This document shows, one piece after another, positions 1 to 8,122 of a stretch of DNA of 34,919 bases. The notes below the pieces were generated by a model, which was given only the letters and a program-made list of their open reading frames with translations, ran no database searches and was not told the DNA's origin. The translations under genes were made by a program, and so were the position numbers. Positions within the stretch are counted from its first letter, which is position 1, and every line of letters starts with the position of its first letter. The stretch lies in assembly GCA_965648905.1 (NCBI GenBank), contig CBFGIT010000026.1, positions 1-34,919 of the forward strand. Direction: 5' to 3'. Origin of the DNA: a candidate division WOR-3 bacterium (GTDB lineage Bacteria > Hydrothermota > Tepidihabitantia > Tepidihabitantales > Tepidihabitantaceae).

Positions 1-343
1 GACGATACACCGCCAGCGGCACTTCTCCACGGCCATCAACGTAGCGGGCACGGGGACGGTCAATCGGCACCTTGTGTCCGGCCAGCACCGCCCAACCAGG
101 CTGACCGCCATAGCGCGTGGCGGTCCGTTGCGGGTTGTGGACGTAGGCTTCGCCACAGAGCTGGTCCACCTCATCCTCCAACAGGCCGACCGCTACCAAG
201 CGGCCGATCTCGAGCGCCATACTGTGCAGGCCTTCCTGCATCAGCTCCAGCACGACGTCCCGATCCATCTGGGCCAGCAGCCGCCGACCTGTGGCCCGAA
301 CTCTCTTACTTGATACGGACGACCAATTCCTGTACCTTCTCAC
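1..343 (-). CDS. IS256-family transposase, N-terminal 114 aa (partial; not in ORF track)
   Basis: Manual translation from GTG at 343, preceded by SD AAAGGAG: MRRYRNW...LLEDEVDQLCGEAY...ATRYGGQPGWAVLAGHKVPIDRPRARYVDGRGEVPLAVYR. This matches the IS256/Mutator N-terminal pattern. Confidence 0.85.
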   Translation of the reverse strand, partial: MRRYRNWSSVSSKRVRATGRRLLAQMDRDVVLELMQEGLHSMALEIGRLVAVGLLEDEVDQLCGEAYVHNPQRTATRYGGQPGWAVLAGHKVPIDRPRARYVDGRGEVPLAVYR

Positions 344-412
344 TGCGGTTCTCCTTTCATAACTTACGAACAACCCAGATGATACCATCCGGGCAGGGGA
401 ACCGCTATCGCT

Positions 413-438
413 AAATTTCAACTAGGATAGGGACATCC
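413..438 (-). repeat. Putative left terminal inverted repeat of the IS256-family element
   Basis: + strand AAATTTCAACTAGGATAGGGACATCC lies 70 bp upstream of the transposase start. The partner repeat is outside the window. Confidence 0.65.
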
Positions 439-831
439 TCTGAAGAGTTTCAAAAGATGCAACCGAGTTGGCGGCAGGCGATGGGAGCGGCAACGTCTAT
501 CAGCATACAGGCGAGCGATCTCGATGACGCTATCTCCCGAGTCGAAGCCGGGATCAGGTTACTACTGACCGGGACGACTGCTGTTCCGGCAAAGGGTACA
601 GGCGCCACCGCACAGTTGAAGAAGGACTCAACCTCCATACACTCCGACGGCATGCCGGCCGAGCCACCCGACGAACCACAAGCAACATCTGTTCGTCCTC
701 GGAGGAACGGAAGAGACGATGTAAGAGTACAGGTGCATATGCGTTTGGGTGAGCTCTACACGCTGGTGCAGCGGTTAGACAGGGCGATAGAAGAGTATGA
801 AGCAGTCAAGAGAATACTGGAGAGGGTATAG
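439..831 (+). pseudogene. 3' remnant of an IS-interrupted gene: probable C-terminal end of a TIR domain, linker and one TPR-like helix pair
   Basis: The frame is open from the IS end. SEEFQKMQPSWRQAMGAATSISI...ISRVEAGIRLL resembles the C-terminal segment of a bacterial TIR_2 subfamily (recalled EFQxRQPxWRxAxGAAxSI motif). It ends with TPR-like VHMRLGELYTLVQRLDRAIEEYE. Confidence 0.55.
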
Positions 832-1026
832 CATGTTCCCTGTGTCTACCAGCAAGAGAAGGGCACTGCCAGTTCGCGATTACGTCGGGATACGCAGTAG
901 GCTCCAAGGCGTATCGGCAAATTGCAGGAAGCACGGTGATACGCGTGACGGAGACAGCAGAAACAGACGGTGCACACACGCGACGTGGTCAGAGCTGGAG
1001 AAGCAACCCGATGGTGGGCCCAGCAG

Positions 1027-1932
1027 ATGAGCCACAATAGCCAAGGCGACCTTGCCGAGTTGCTCGACCAGTGCCAGCAGTCGCTGGACGCTGCTCAAAG
1101 TCTCGCCCGCTCTGACCCGAACAACAAGGATCGGCAGCGGGACCTGGCGGTCAGCTATGAGAAGCTTGGTGACGTACTGCTCAACTTGGGCAACTCTGCC
1201 AAGGCTCTGGCGATGTACCGGGATTCCCTTGTCGTTCGCAAACATCTTGCCAATTCCGCCCCCGACAATGAAGAATGGCAACAGGAACTCTCGGCAAGCT
1301 ACAAGAAGCTCGGCGATGCACTGATCAGCCTGGGGACCTTTACAGAAGCCGAGGCATCCTATCGCTGCGCACTGGAGATTGACGAGCAGACTTACGGCAA
1401 GGACCATCCGCATGTTACCAAGGCCCTGAGCAAACTCGCCAAGATACTCCAGGACACAGGCCGGCTCACCGAGGCTGAGCCCCTGATGCGGCGCGCCCTG
1501 GCCATCGACGAGAAGTCCTTCGGACCAGAACATCCTGACGTTGCCCGCGACCTGAACAGCCTCGCCTCGCTCTACTATGCCACGAACCGCATGGCCGAGG
1601 CTGAGCCGCTGATGAAGCGCGTCGTGACCATATTCGAGAAGTCTTACGGGATGGACCACCCGAACGTTGCCACCGCCCTGAACAACCTCGCCCAGCTTCT
1701 TGCGGCCACGAACCGCATGGCCGAGGCTGAGCCGCTGATGCGGCGGGTGGTGGAGATACGTCTCAAGTTCACTCAGGAGATCGGCCACCCGCATCCGCAT
1801 CTGCAGGGCACAGTCAATAACTACGCCGGTCTCCTTCAGGCCATGGGCCGTGGTGAAGACGAGATACGCAGGACAATAGCAGACCTTGGTCAACGCTACG
1901 GAGTCAGCCTCGGCAACACTGCCGCTCCTTGA
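1027..1932 (+). CDS. Tetratricopeptide repeat protein (42-aa TPR_10/TPR_12, kinesin-light-chain-like repeats)
   Basis: Repeats include EAEPLMRRALAIDEKSFGPEHPDVARDLNSLA and DPNNKDRQRDLAVSYEKLGD. Start is ATG 1027, or GTG 970 per the ORF track. Confidence 0.9.
   Translation: MSHNSQGDLAELLDQCQQSLDAAQSLARSDPNNKDRQRDLAVSYEKLGDVLLNLGNSAKALAMYRDSLVVRKHLANSAPDNEEWQQELSASYKKLGDALISLGTFTEAEASYRCALEIDEQTYGKDHPHVTKALSKLAKILQDTGRLTEAEPLMRRALAIDEKSFGPEHPDVARDLNSLASLYYATNRMAEAEPLMKRVVTIFEKSYGMDHPNVATALNNLAQLLAATNRMAEAEPLMRRVVEIRLKFTQEIGHPHPHLQGTVNNYAGLLQAMGRGEDEIRRTIADLGQRYGVSLGNTAAP
1579..1740 (+). repeat. Identical 36-bp repeat inside the TPR gene (1579-1614 and 1705-1740)
   Basis: GCCACGAACCGCATGGCCGAGGCTGAGCCGCTGATG occurs twice, 126 bp (one 42-aa TPR unit) apart. 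Confidence 0.95.
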
Positions 1933-1981
1933 ACTACTCAAGTGGCTTAAGAGTCTGCAGGAGAAGAAATAGGCCGCCCTT

Positions 1982-2038
1982 GGCGAGCAGATGGAGACCA
2001 TCTGACGGACTTTGCCCTACGGGCCGGACAGAAAGCAG
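1982..2038 (+). repeat. 57-bp direct repeat, copy 1
   Basis: GGCGAGCAGATGGAGACCATCTGACGGACTTTGCCCTACGGGCCGGACAGAAAGCAG is 56/57 identical to 3432-3488. Confidence 0.95.
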
Positions 2039-2158
2039 GACAGGCAAACTTTGCAGTGGTAAGGCAGTTGAAGGTGCAGACTCGGCTAACAGGTGTTCTC
2101 AAAGTGAAGTGAGGGGGTAACACACGCGCTGGTTCGGCAGGCAGAAGAAGGACAGCAG

Positions 2159-2203
2159 CCCGAAAGCCCCAGGCCCGATAACCCGCAACCCGACAGCCAC
2201 AAA
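2159..2203 (+). repeat. Degenerate 15-bp tandem repeat (3 units)
   Basis: CCCGAAAGCCCCAGG / CCCGATAACCCGCAA / CCCGACAGCCACAAA. Confidence 0.5.
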
Positions 2204-2244
2204 GCCCCGGCCAGAGACATGCCAACTGCCTGCGACTACGGCAC

Positions 2245-2272
2245 TTGACTTAGCCAAATGATATGCTATCTT
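2245..2272 (+). promoter_or_regulatory. sigma70-type promoter of the AAA gene (probably leaderless)
   Basis: TTGACT-16 bp-TATCTT with a TGn extension. GTG 2280 follows after a 7-nt gap, with no SD. Confidence 0.6.
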
Positions 2273-2279
2273 GTCTATC

Positions 2280-3455
2280 GTGTATATCAGAAGGATAGCA
2301 GAATCGACACTAAATGGTATTCTTGCCAGCGGCAAGGTCGGCATCGTTGTCGGGGCTCGGCAGGTGGGAAAGACGACGCTGGTCGAGCATGTTCTTGCTG
2401 GCCGCAGGGCACTGTTCCTCAACTTCGATGTTGAGGTTGATAAGCAGCGCTTTCTGGCCGCGGCTGCCCTGTCGCCGGTTGAGGGATTGAGGAGCCTGGG
2501 CAATCCTGATGTCCTGGTGATTGATGAGGCCCAGCGTCTGCCCGAGGCGGCGCGCATCGTGAAGGGCTGGCACGACAAGCAACTGCCGCTGAAGATACTC
2601 TTGCTCGGCTCGTCCAGTCTGAATCTGCTCGACCAGGCTGCAGAGAGTCTTGTCGGCCGTAATGAACGGCTGCAGTTGCCTGCCCTGGTCTTCGGAGAAG
2701 TCCTGCGTGCTCAGGACTGGTTTTCCGATGCCTACACCCCAACTATCCTGCGCAATCAGTTCGCTTCTCAGGTCAGGGTCGTGCTCATGCAGTCACTCGC
2801 GTTCGGGTCGTATCCTGAAGTCGTTCTTGCTTCGGACAAGCCGCGTGTGCTGCGCGGTCTCAGCTCGGACTATCTTTGGAAAGACATTCTCCACGCCGGG
2901 CTGGTCAAGTCGCCGGACCTGATAAAGCGGCTGCTTACCCTGCTCGCGCATCAGGTCGGCAGCGAGGTCTCGACGCACGAGCTGGCAACTCAACTCGCGC
3001 TCGCCCGGCCCACGGTCGAGCGCTATCTGGACCTGCTCGAACAGACGTTCGTAGTCTTCCGCCTGCCCTGCTACAGTACCAACCCCCGCAAGGAGATTGC
3101 CCGGAAGAAGAAGGTGTTTTTCTGGGACACTGGCATTCGCAACGCCCTCTTGAACGCATTCGCGACCGAAGAATTCCGTCCTGACATCGGCCCGCTCTGG
3201 GAGAACTGGGTGATTGCCGAGGCGGCCAAGCACAACCTGTTGCAGGGCGGCAGGAGCGAGCTGTTCTTCTGGCGTTCGCGGGCCCAGTCAGAGGTAGACC
3301 TGGTCATCAAGACCGGCGAAGTCCTGCGGGCGTATGAGGTCAAGTGGCGACCGGTGCGTCCGAACAGCCGCGCGTTCCGGGCCAGATATGGCGTCGAGGT
3401 ACAGCCAATCAGTGCCGAAAACCCTTTCATCGGCGAGCAGATGGAGACCATTTGA
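2280..3455 (+). CDS. AAA+ ATPase (AAA_14) with wHTH and DUF4143 / PD-(D/E)xK-like C-terminus
   Basis: Walker A GARQVGKT, Walker B LVIDEAQ, LLGSS, KKVFFWDTGIRN, LWENWV and EVDLVI...AYEVK. Start placed at GTG 2280 (track gives 2271). Confidence 0.92.
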   Translation: MYIRRIAESTLNGILASGKVGIVVGARQVGKTTLVEHVLAGRRALFLNFDVEVDKQRFLAAAALSPVEGLRSLGNPDVLVIDEAQRLPEAARIVKGWHDKQLPLKILLLGSSSLNLLDQAAESLVGRNERLQLPALVFGEVLRAQDWFSDAYTPTILRNQFASQVRVVLMQSLAFGSYPEVVLASDKPRVLRGLSSDYLWKDILHAGLVKSPDLIKRLLTLLAHQVGSEVSTHELATQLALARPTVERYLDLLEQTFVVFRLPCYSTNPRKEIARKKKVFFWDTGIRNALLNAFATEEFRPDIGPLWENWVIAEAAKHNLLQGGRSELFFWRSRAQSEVDLVIKTGEVLRAYEVKWRPVRPNSRAFRARYGVEVQPISAENPFIGEQMETI

Positions 3456-3488
3456 CGGACTTTGCCCTACGGGCCGGACAGAAAGCAG
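3432..3488 (+). repeat. 57-bp direct repeat, copy 2 (encodes the last 7 codons and stop of the AAA gene)
   Basis: Matches 1982-2038 with one C/T difference (2002 vs 3452). Confidence 0.95.
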
Positions 3489-4050
3489 TGAAATCTCGGG
3501 GACGCATCACTCGATTTTCCCTGGTCAGTGGTCTTGTGGCCGGGCCGGACATGTCTGAACAGGTGCCCAAGGGCCGGTCTGTGTGCATAACTCTCTATTT
3601 GTCAGATTGTTAGCAGCTAGCTGTTTGCCGTCTGCTGTCGGCCGAGCCGGGTTTAGACCGAGGCCAAGGGCTATGGCTCGCACTAGCAAGGACTTACACT
3701 CGACCTGGGTCAGGGAGGGGCCGTACCCCAGGTAGTATCTTGCTGTGCGGTTGAGAGTATGTCTGAACTGGTGTGTGCCTTGGTCTGGCCGCGCGTGACT
3801 GCGCCAACGTCTGCTCCGGCGTTGTCTCAAGCGCTGTCCTGAGTCAGGCCGCGCGCAATGCTGCGGGCAGAAACTCGACCAGAACCGCAAGCCGAAAACT
3901 GTGCAGTCGCGGGTACGAATGAGCGAGCGGTCACGCTGGCGTTCGCTTCCGTGCCTGCGGCCGTGTCCAGCGCGGTGTTCGACGCAGTCAGGCGCTCGGC
4001 AGTTGCAGCTCGGTTGAGCCGTCGAGCGCACACCGATAGCCCGAAATTGC

Positions 4051-4077
4051 GCAGGCCGGGCGTTCTGCCCGGCCTGC
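4051..4077. terminator. GC-rich hairpin just downstream of tldE, possible terminator
   Basis: 11-bp stem GCAGGCCGGGC/GCCCGGCCTGC with a 5-nt loop. No clear U-tract. Confidence 0.5.
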
Positions 4078-4093
4078 AGTAGTCGAGACTCGA

Positions 4094-5473
4094 CTAGAAG
4101 CTGTCCGCGACGTCGGAGATGCGGACCGAGTCACAGAGCATGTACTCGGGCACGCTGAACGCTTCTGGCGTGCGGCGGCCATAGGTCCCGGAGACGTTGA
4201 ACGGCACGGCTCGGGATGAGATGGCGATGACGTTGTTGAACACGCTCGGAATCTCATCGGTTACGCGCGAGGAGAGGAGCGGAGCGACAAATTCGCCTGC
4301 CTGGATGCGCTGGGCGTTGAAGCGCGAGGAGCAGGTGAACTGGCCTTTGGTCGGGTCCGGCATGTGAACATAGTGCAGATGCGGGATGTAGATGGCGTCG
4401 GCCGCGAGTTTGCAGCCGGCCGCGATGCCTGCCTGAGCCGAGCCGGTTCCAAGTACCATGTCGCTTGAGGAAAGGTCGTGGCCGGTCGGCTGTTTGCCGT
4501 ACTTGGCGGCGGTGAGTGAGTCGTACAGCAGACCCTTGAAGATTCCCTTCTCCACCAACGTGAACCGCCTGCGGCGCTTGCCCCTGAAGTCAAAGGGCAT
4601 AGAGAAGACATTGGGGTCGGTCGGGTCGTCGTGGATCGAGATAGCGTCGGGGAAGACCCGGTCGCCGAACCTGAGCGCAGCGGTGAAGGCCCGCTTTTCT
4701 TCCCAGGGCCGGCCGATGAACCCGCCCCAGACGGCAAGCGACAGCAGCTCAGCCACGGCCTGGGTGCCGAACAGCACCTTCTGACGGCCGACCGGGGTCT
4801 TGTACGGCTGGTTCTTCTCGTAGACCGGAAGCAGACTCTCAAACGCGGCGATAACCTCGGCCGCGGTGAAGCCACCGGCTTGCTTCTGGGTGCGTTCGAC
4901 CGAGAGCTCCCACTTCTTTTCCTGCTCTTTCAGCACCATGACGAACCGACCGTCCGTCAGGCGGCGATAGGCCTCGTGGTTATTGGCCGTCGAAATGTAG
5001 TACATTTCGGTCGAGCCGGTTGACCAGGAACCGGAGAAGTCGTACTTGCCGCGTGGCTTCAGGGTCTTGATCACTTCAGCACACAAACCGGCCTTGGTTT
5101 CAGGCGGGAGGTCCTCAAGTGCCGGGTCGAACCCGGTCGAGTCGTCAACCGGCTCCTCGACCCGGCCGAAGATGGGTTCATAGTCCTTGGGCAGGGCTGA
5201 CCTGCAGGCCTCGGTTGCGCGCTTCAGGGCGTCGTCGAGCTGGGCCGCGGTCGTGATGTCGGCACACAGGCTGTAGTCGCCCACGCGCCGGCCTTCCTGG
5301 ACATGGACATCGAGCCGGGTCAGGCCCTCAAAGGTCGAAAGCGCGACTGAGGAGTTACCAAGCCGGATAAGGCCGGACTTTTCGCGGTGCAGCGAGAACT
5401 CGGCATTGACTCCAGACCGGCGTGCCCGGTCGCGGCAGGAAGTAAGCAGTTCGCGGATGCGTGGTTCGAGCAT
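4094..5473 (-). CDS. tldE: TldE/PmbA-family protein (non-catalytic partner)
   Basis: Lies directly after tldD. ATG 5473 with SD AAGGAG. Motifs include DDPTDP...PFDFRG...LVEKGIFKGLLYD...AAKYG..PTGH. No HExxxH. Confidence 0.8.
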   Translation of the reverse strand: MLEPRIRELLTSCRDRARRSGVNAEFSLHREKSGLIRLGNSSVALSTFEGLTRLDVHVQEGRRVGDYSLCADITTAAQLDDALKRATEACRSALPKDYEPIFGRVEEPVDDSTGFDPALEDLPPETKAGLCAEVIKTLKPRGKYDFSGSWSTGSTEMYYISTANNHEAYRRLTDGRFVMVLKEQEKKWELSVERTQKQAGGFTAAEVIAAFESLLPVYEKNQPYKTPVGRQKVLFGTQAVAELLSLAVWGGFIGRPWEEKRAFTAALRFGDRVFPDAISIHDDPTDPNVFSMPFDFRGKRRRRFTLVEKGIFKGLLYDSLTAAKYGKQPTGHDLSSSDMVLGTGSAQAGIAAGCKLAADAIYIPHLHYVHMPDPTKGQFTCSSRFNAQRIQAGEFVAPLLSSRVTDEIPSVFNNVIAISSRAVPFNVSGTYGRRTPEAFSVPEYMLCDSVRISDVADSF

Positions 5474-5475
5474 GG

Positions 5476-6960
5476 CTACTCCTTTTCTCCGGTCGCAACG
5501 TTCTTGAAGCGCATCACCGGAATGCCGTGGCCGAGCTCCATTATCTGGTTCGGCTCGCCTTTGCCGCAGTTCGGGACCTGCATCAGACACCAGGTCGGCT
5601 GTGACCCGACCTTGTCGAGCGAGCCCCAGAATTCAAGGGTGTGACCGTGGTACGTCGGGTTCTTGAGCACGCGGGTGCGTTGGCCGTCTTTGACCTCCCA
5701 GGCAATCTCACAGCCAAAATGGAAGTGCTCGCGGTTCGACCCAATCGACCAGGAAACCGGTATGTCGACCACGATGCCGTCTTCAGTCGCCTTGATGATG
5801 TCTTCGAGCGTGCCGTCGTCGCCCGGGTCGATGTTGATGTTGGTCATCCGGTCAATCGGCGTCCGGTAGAATGCGCTGGCCCGGGCCGCAGTGCCCGATT
5901 CCTTGATGATTGTGCGGCCGGCTTTGGCATTGGCCTCAGCCAGGTCGGTGCGGCTCGAGAGGACGTTGACGAGGATGCCTTTGTGAATCAGGTAGTAATC
6001 GCGCTGGGGCGAGCCCTCGTCGTCGTAGCCGAACGTGCCGGGCGAATTGCCGACAATCCCGGCCCGGCAGTTGAGTTTGTCCGAGCCGTAACGCAGGGTG
6101 CCGATGTGCTCAAGCCGGACGTGCGAGCCGCCGGCAAAGGAGAGCTCGTAACCGAGGATACGGTCGAGTTCGAGTGCGTGACCGATGGTTTCGTGCACCT
6201 GGAGAAAGCCTTGGCCGGGCAGCAGAATAACATCGCGCCTGCCCGCGGGCAGCGGGTCGGCCGCGACAATCTGGGAAAGCTCGGTCTTAATCCGCTCGGC
6301 ATGAGCGGAGAATGCCTCAGGCTTGGCCAGCCACTCCCAGCCGCGCGTGCCGTCGCCGGAGCAGAAAAGCTCCATTGACCGGCGCTGGGTCCGGCCCTGT
6401 TTGTCCGGAGCCATGACCATCATTGTGCCGAACGTATTCAGCACCCACCGGTCAACCTCGGTTCCCTCGCTGTTCCAGTAGAATATCTTACGGCGCTGGA
6501 ACCGGGTCGAGACGACTCGATGGGCGACCGACTGGTCTTTGAGCTGACCGTCAATCGCGGCAAGCAGCCTGAGCTTTTCCGACATTGGCACGTCAAACGG
6601 GTCCTGTTCCACCGGGGGTCGGTACTTGCCGGTCACGGCCTGGGCTTTGCCCATGTCTTTGGGAAATCCGGGCAGGAGCGCAGCAGCCCGGGCATTGGCC
6701 AGGGCCCGGTCAAAGCAGGCCGGGATAGCGCCCAGGTCCGCGGTGGCAGCAAAGCCCCAGGCGCCGTCGGCGAGAACGCGCACGCCGATGCCGCGCTCGA
6801 GCTCGCCGAAGTTGTTCTCAAGGTTACCGTCGTAAAGGGTCAGATTCTCGGCCCGGTCTTCGTCGTAGAATCGGGCGTCGGCAAAGCTCGTCTCTTGTGC
6901 CTTGAGGCGCTCAAACTGGGCTTTGACGGTTGATGCTATCTGGCCAACTGGTGCATCCAT
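5476..6960 (-). CDS. tldD: TldD-family metalloprotease
   Basis: GIGVRVLADGAWGFA, HETIGHALELDR (HExxxH), YDDEG, RMTNINI and CGKGEPNQ. SD AAGGAG. Confidence 0.93.
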   Translation of the reverse strand: MDAPVGQIASTVKAQFERLKAQETSFADARFYDEDRAENLTLYDGNLENNFGELERGIGVRVLADGAWGFAATADLGAIPACFDRALANARAAALLPGFPKDMGKAQAVTGKYRPPVEQDPFDVPMSEKLRLLAAIDGQLKDQSVAHRVVSTRFQRRKIFYWNSEGTEVDRWVLNTFGTMMVMAPDKQGRTQRRSMELFCSGDGTRGWEWLAKPEAFSAHAERIKTELSQIVAADPLPAGRRDVILLPGQGFLQVHETIGHALELDRILGYELSFAGGSHVRLEHIGTLRYGSDKLNCRAGIVGNSPGTFGYDDEGSPQRDYYLIHKGILVNVLSSRTDLAEANAKAGRTIIKESGTAARASAFYRTPIDRMTNINIDPGDDGTLEDIIKATEDGIVVDIPVSWSIGSNREHFHFGCEIAWEVKDGQRTRVLKNPTYHGHTLEFWGSLDKVGSQPTWCLMQVPNCGKGEPNQIMELGHGIPVMRFKNVATGEKE

Positions 6961-7090
6961 TACAGGCTCCTTAACATTATTGTGTAGTGGCGCTCACGTC
7001 AAACGCTACATTATGCCCTGAAGTTACCGTTTGGCAAGCGCGGGCAGCAGACTGGCTGTCCACGCGCCGACCCTGCCGGTGCGCGTTTTC

Positions 7091-7118
7091 TTGACACGCC
7101 CGGCCCGGGGTCTACTAT
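7091..7118 (+). promoter_or_regulatory. sigma70-type promoter of tRNA-Gly
   Basis: TTGACA-16 bp-TACTAT, ending 11 nt before the tRNA. Confidence 0.7.
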
Positions 7119-7129
7119 TGTACTGCCAT

Positions 7130-7200
7130 GCGGCCATAGCTCAGGGGTAGAGCCCCGGCTTCCCAAGCCGGTTACACGGGTTCAATTCCCGTTGGCCGCT
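7130..7200 (+). tRNA. tRNA-Gly(CCC), CCA end not encoded
   Basis: Full cloverleaf: acceptor GCGGCCA/TGGCCGC, D-stem GCTC/GAGC, anticodon stem CCGGC/GCCGG with CCC at 7162-7164, T-arm ACGGG-TTCAATT-CCCGT, discriminator U. Confidence 0.96.
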
Positions 7201-7291
7201 TTGTCTAGTACTGCTCGAGTGTGCCGGACCGAGGCATCGCTCCCGGTTCTTCAGCACAAGCGTCTGAATTGAAAGCAGTTACGCAGGAGGC

Positions 7292-8107
7292 ATGTTGAGA
7301 CTATTCATCGCTTTGACGGTTGCTCTTTTTTCTTTGTCGGCCTGGGCCGACACGCTTGACTATGCCCGCCAGACGGTCGTTGTCACCAGTCTCGAATCAG
7401 GCTCGGTCGGCCTGCAGGGAACCCGGAGTCTTGAGCGCCGAGCCCTGGACCTGCTTGGTCAGGCCACATATGACCGCAGCCGCACCGTGGCCGACTTCCT
7501 GGCCGCACACCCCCAGGCGGCACGCAAGCTCGAGCGGATGGCGCTTGAGAGCCGCCGGACCGCGACCCGGTTCCTTTCCGATGGAGCGGTATCAGCCGAG
7601 CATGAGTTTCCCATCAACGGTGCGATTCTCGCGGTCATCCTGCCCCAGACCGGTGATGGCAGGCTGCTGGGCAAGACCGCCTGCCCCTGCTGTGGCCAGG
7701 CCTGGCCTGAAGGCAAGGAGCCGCCGCCCGGGGTCAAGCTGGTTCCCTTCGAGTCGGGCAACGGCACAGCCTGGACCGGAATCCTGATTGACGCAACCAA
7801 TCTGGAACTCAAGCCCGCGCTGTTTCCCAGGATTGTCACCGATGAAGACAAAGAGGTCATCGGCCCAGGTTTTGCCTCGGCTGAAAAACTGACCCAGCTT
7901 GGGCCGGTCGGCTGGTTCCGCGACCGCACCCAGGCGTTTGTCAGCGAGCGGGTCGGTTCTAATCCGCTGGTGGTTCGGGCTTTGCGGGTTACCGGAACGA
8001 ACTCCTGCGACCTGGTTGTCAGCCACTACGACGCGGCCCGGATTCACGGCTCAAAGGCCAACCTGCAACTGCTTTCCGAGTGCCGGGTCGGTCTGCTGGT
8101 CGACTAG
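7292..8107 (+). CDS. Exported conserved hypothetical protein (C-terminal domain resembles LPP20-annotated proteins)
   Basis: SD AGGAGG and signal peptide MLRLFIALTVALFSLSAWA. Motifs TGILIDA..L.L.PALFPRI and RVGSNPLVVRA; internal CPCCG. Confidence 0.75.
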   Translation: MLRLFIALTVALFSLSAWADTLDYARQTVVVTSLESGSVGLQGTRSLERRALDLLGQATYDRSRTVADFLAAHPQAARKLERMALESRRTATRFLSDGAVSAEHEFPINGAILAVILPQTGDGRLLGKTACPCCGQAWPEGKEPPPGVKLVPFESGNGTAWTGILIDATNLELKPALFPRIVTDEDKEVIGPGFASAEKLTQLGPVGWFRDRTQAFVSERVGSNPLVVRALRVTGTNSCDLVVSHYDAARIHGSKANLQLLSECRVGLLVD

Positions 8108-8122
8108 GTCATCAATTCTGAC

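Larger units (their letters stand above)
1..438 (-). mobile_element. IS256-family insertion sequence, left part (truncated by window start)
   Basis: Transposase N-terminus on the minus strand, plus terminal sequence GGATGTCCCTATCCTAGTTGAAATTT resembling IS256-family ends. The boundary is uncertain by a few bp. Confidence 0.8.

Noticed and set aside
880..2001. 373-aa minus-strand ORF
   Set aside because: It is the antisense shadow of the TPR gene; its repeats simply mirror the TPR repeats.
1982..2038. 57-bp repeat as a CRISPR repeat or integron attC
   Set aside because: Only two copies 1450 bp apart, with no spacers or cas genes and no RYYYAAC/GTTRRRY boxes.
3525..4082. ORFs in the AAA/tldE spacer (168, 74 and 68 aa)
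   Set aside because: Low complexity with no recognisable motif or SD; better explained by the degenerate 12-bp periodic tract.
5474..5590. N-terminal extension of tldE in the ORF track
   Set aside because: It overlaps tldD; ATG 5473 has a proper SD.
4094..6960. tldDE as part of a RiPP/microcin cluster
   Set aside because: No precursor peptide, YcaO or other modification gene is nearby; likely housekeeping.
7130..7200. tRNA-Gly as an integration site
   Set aside because: No duplicated tRNA 3' end and no integrase seen in the window.
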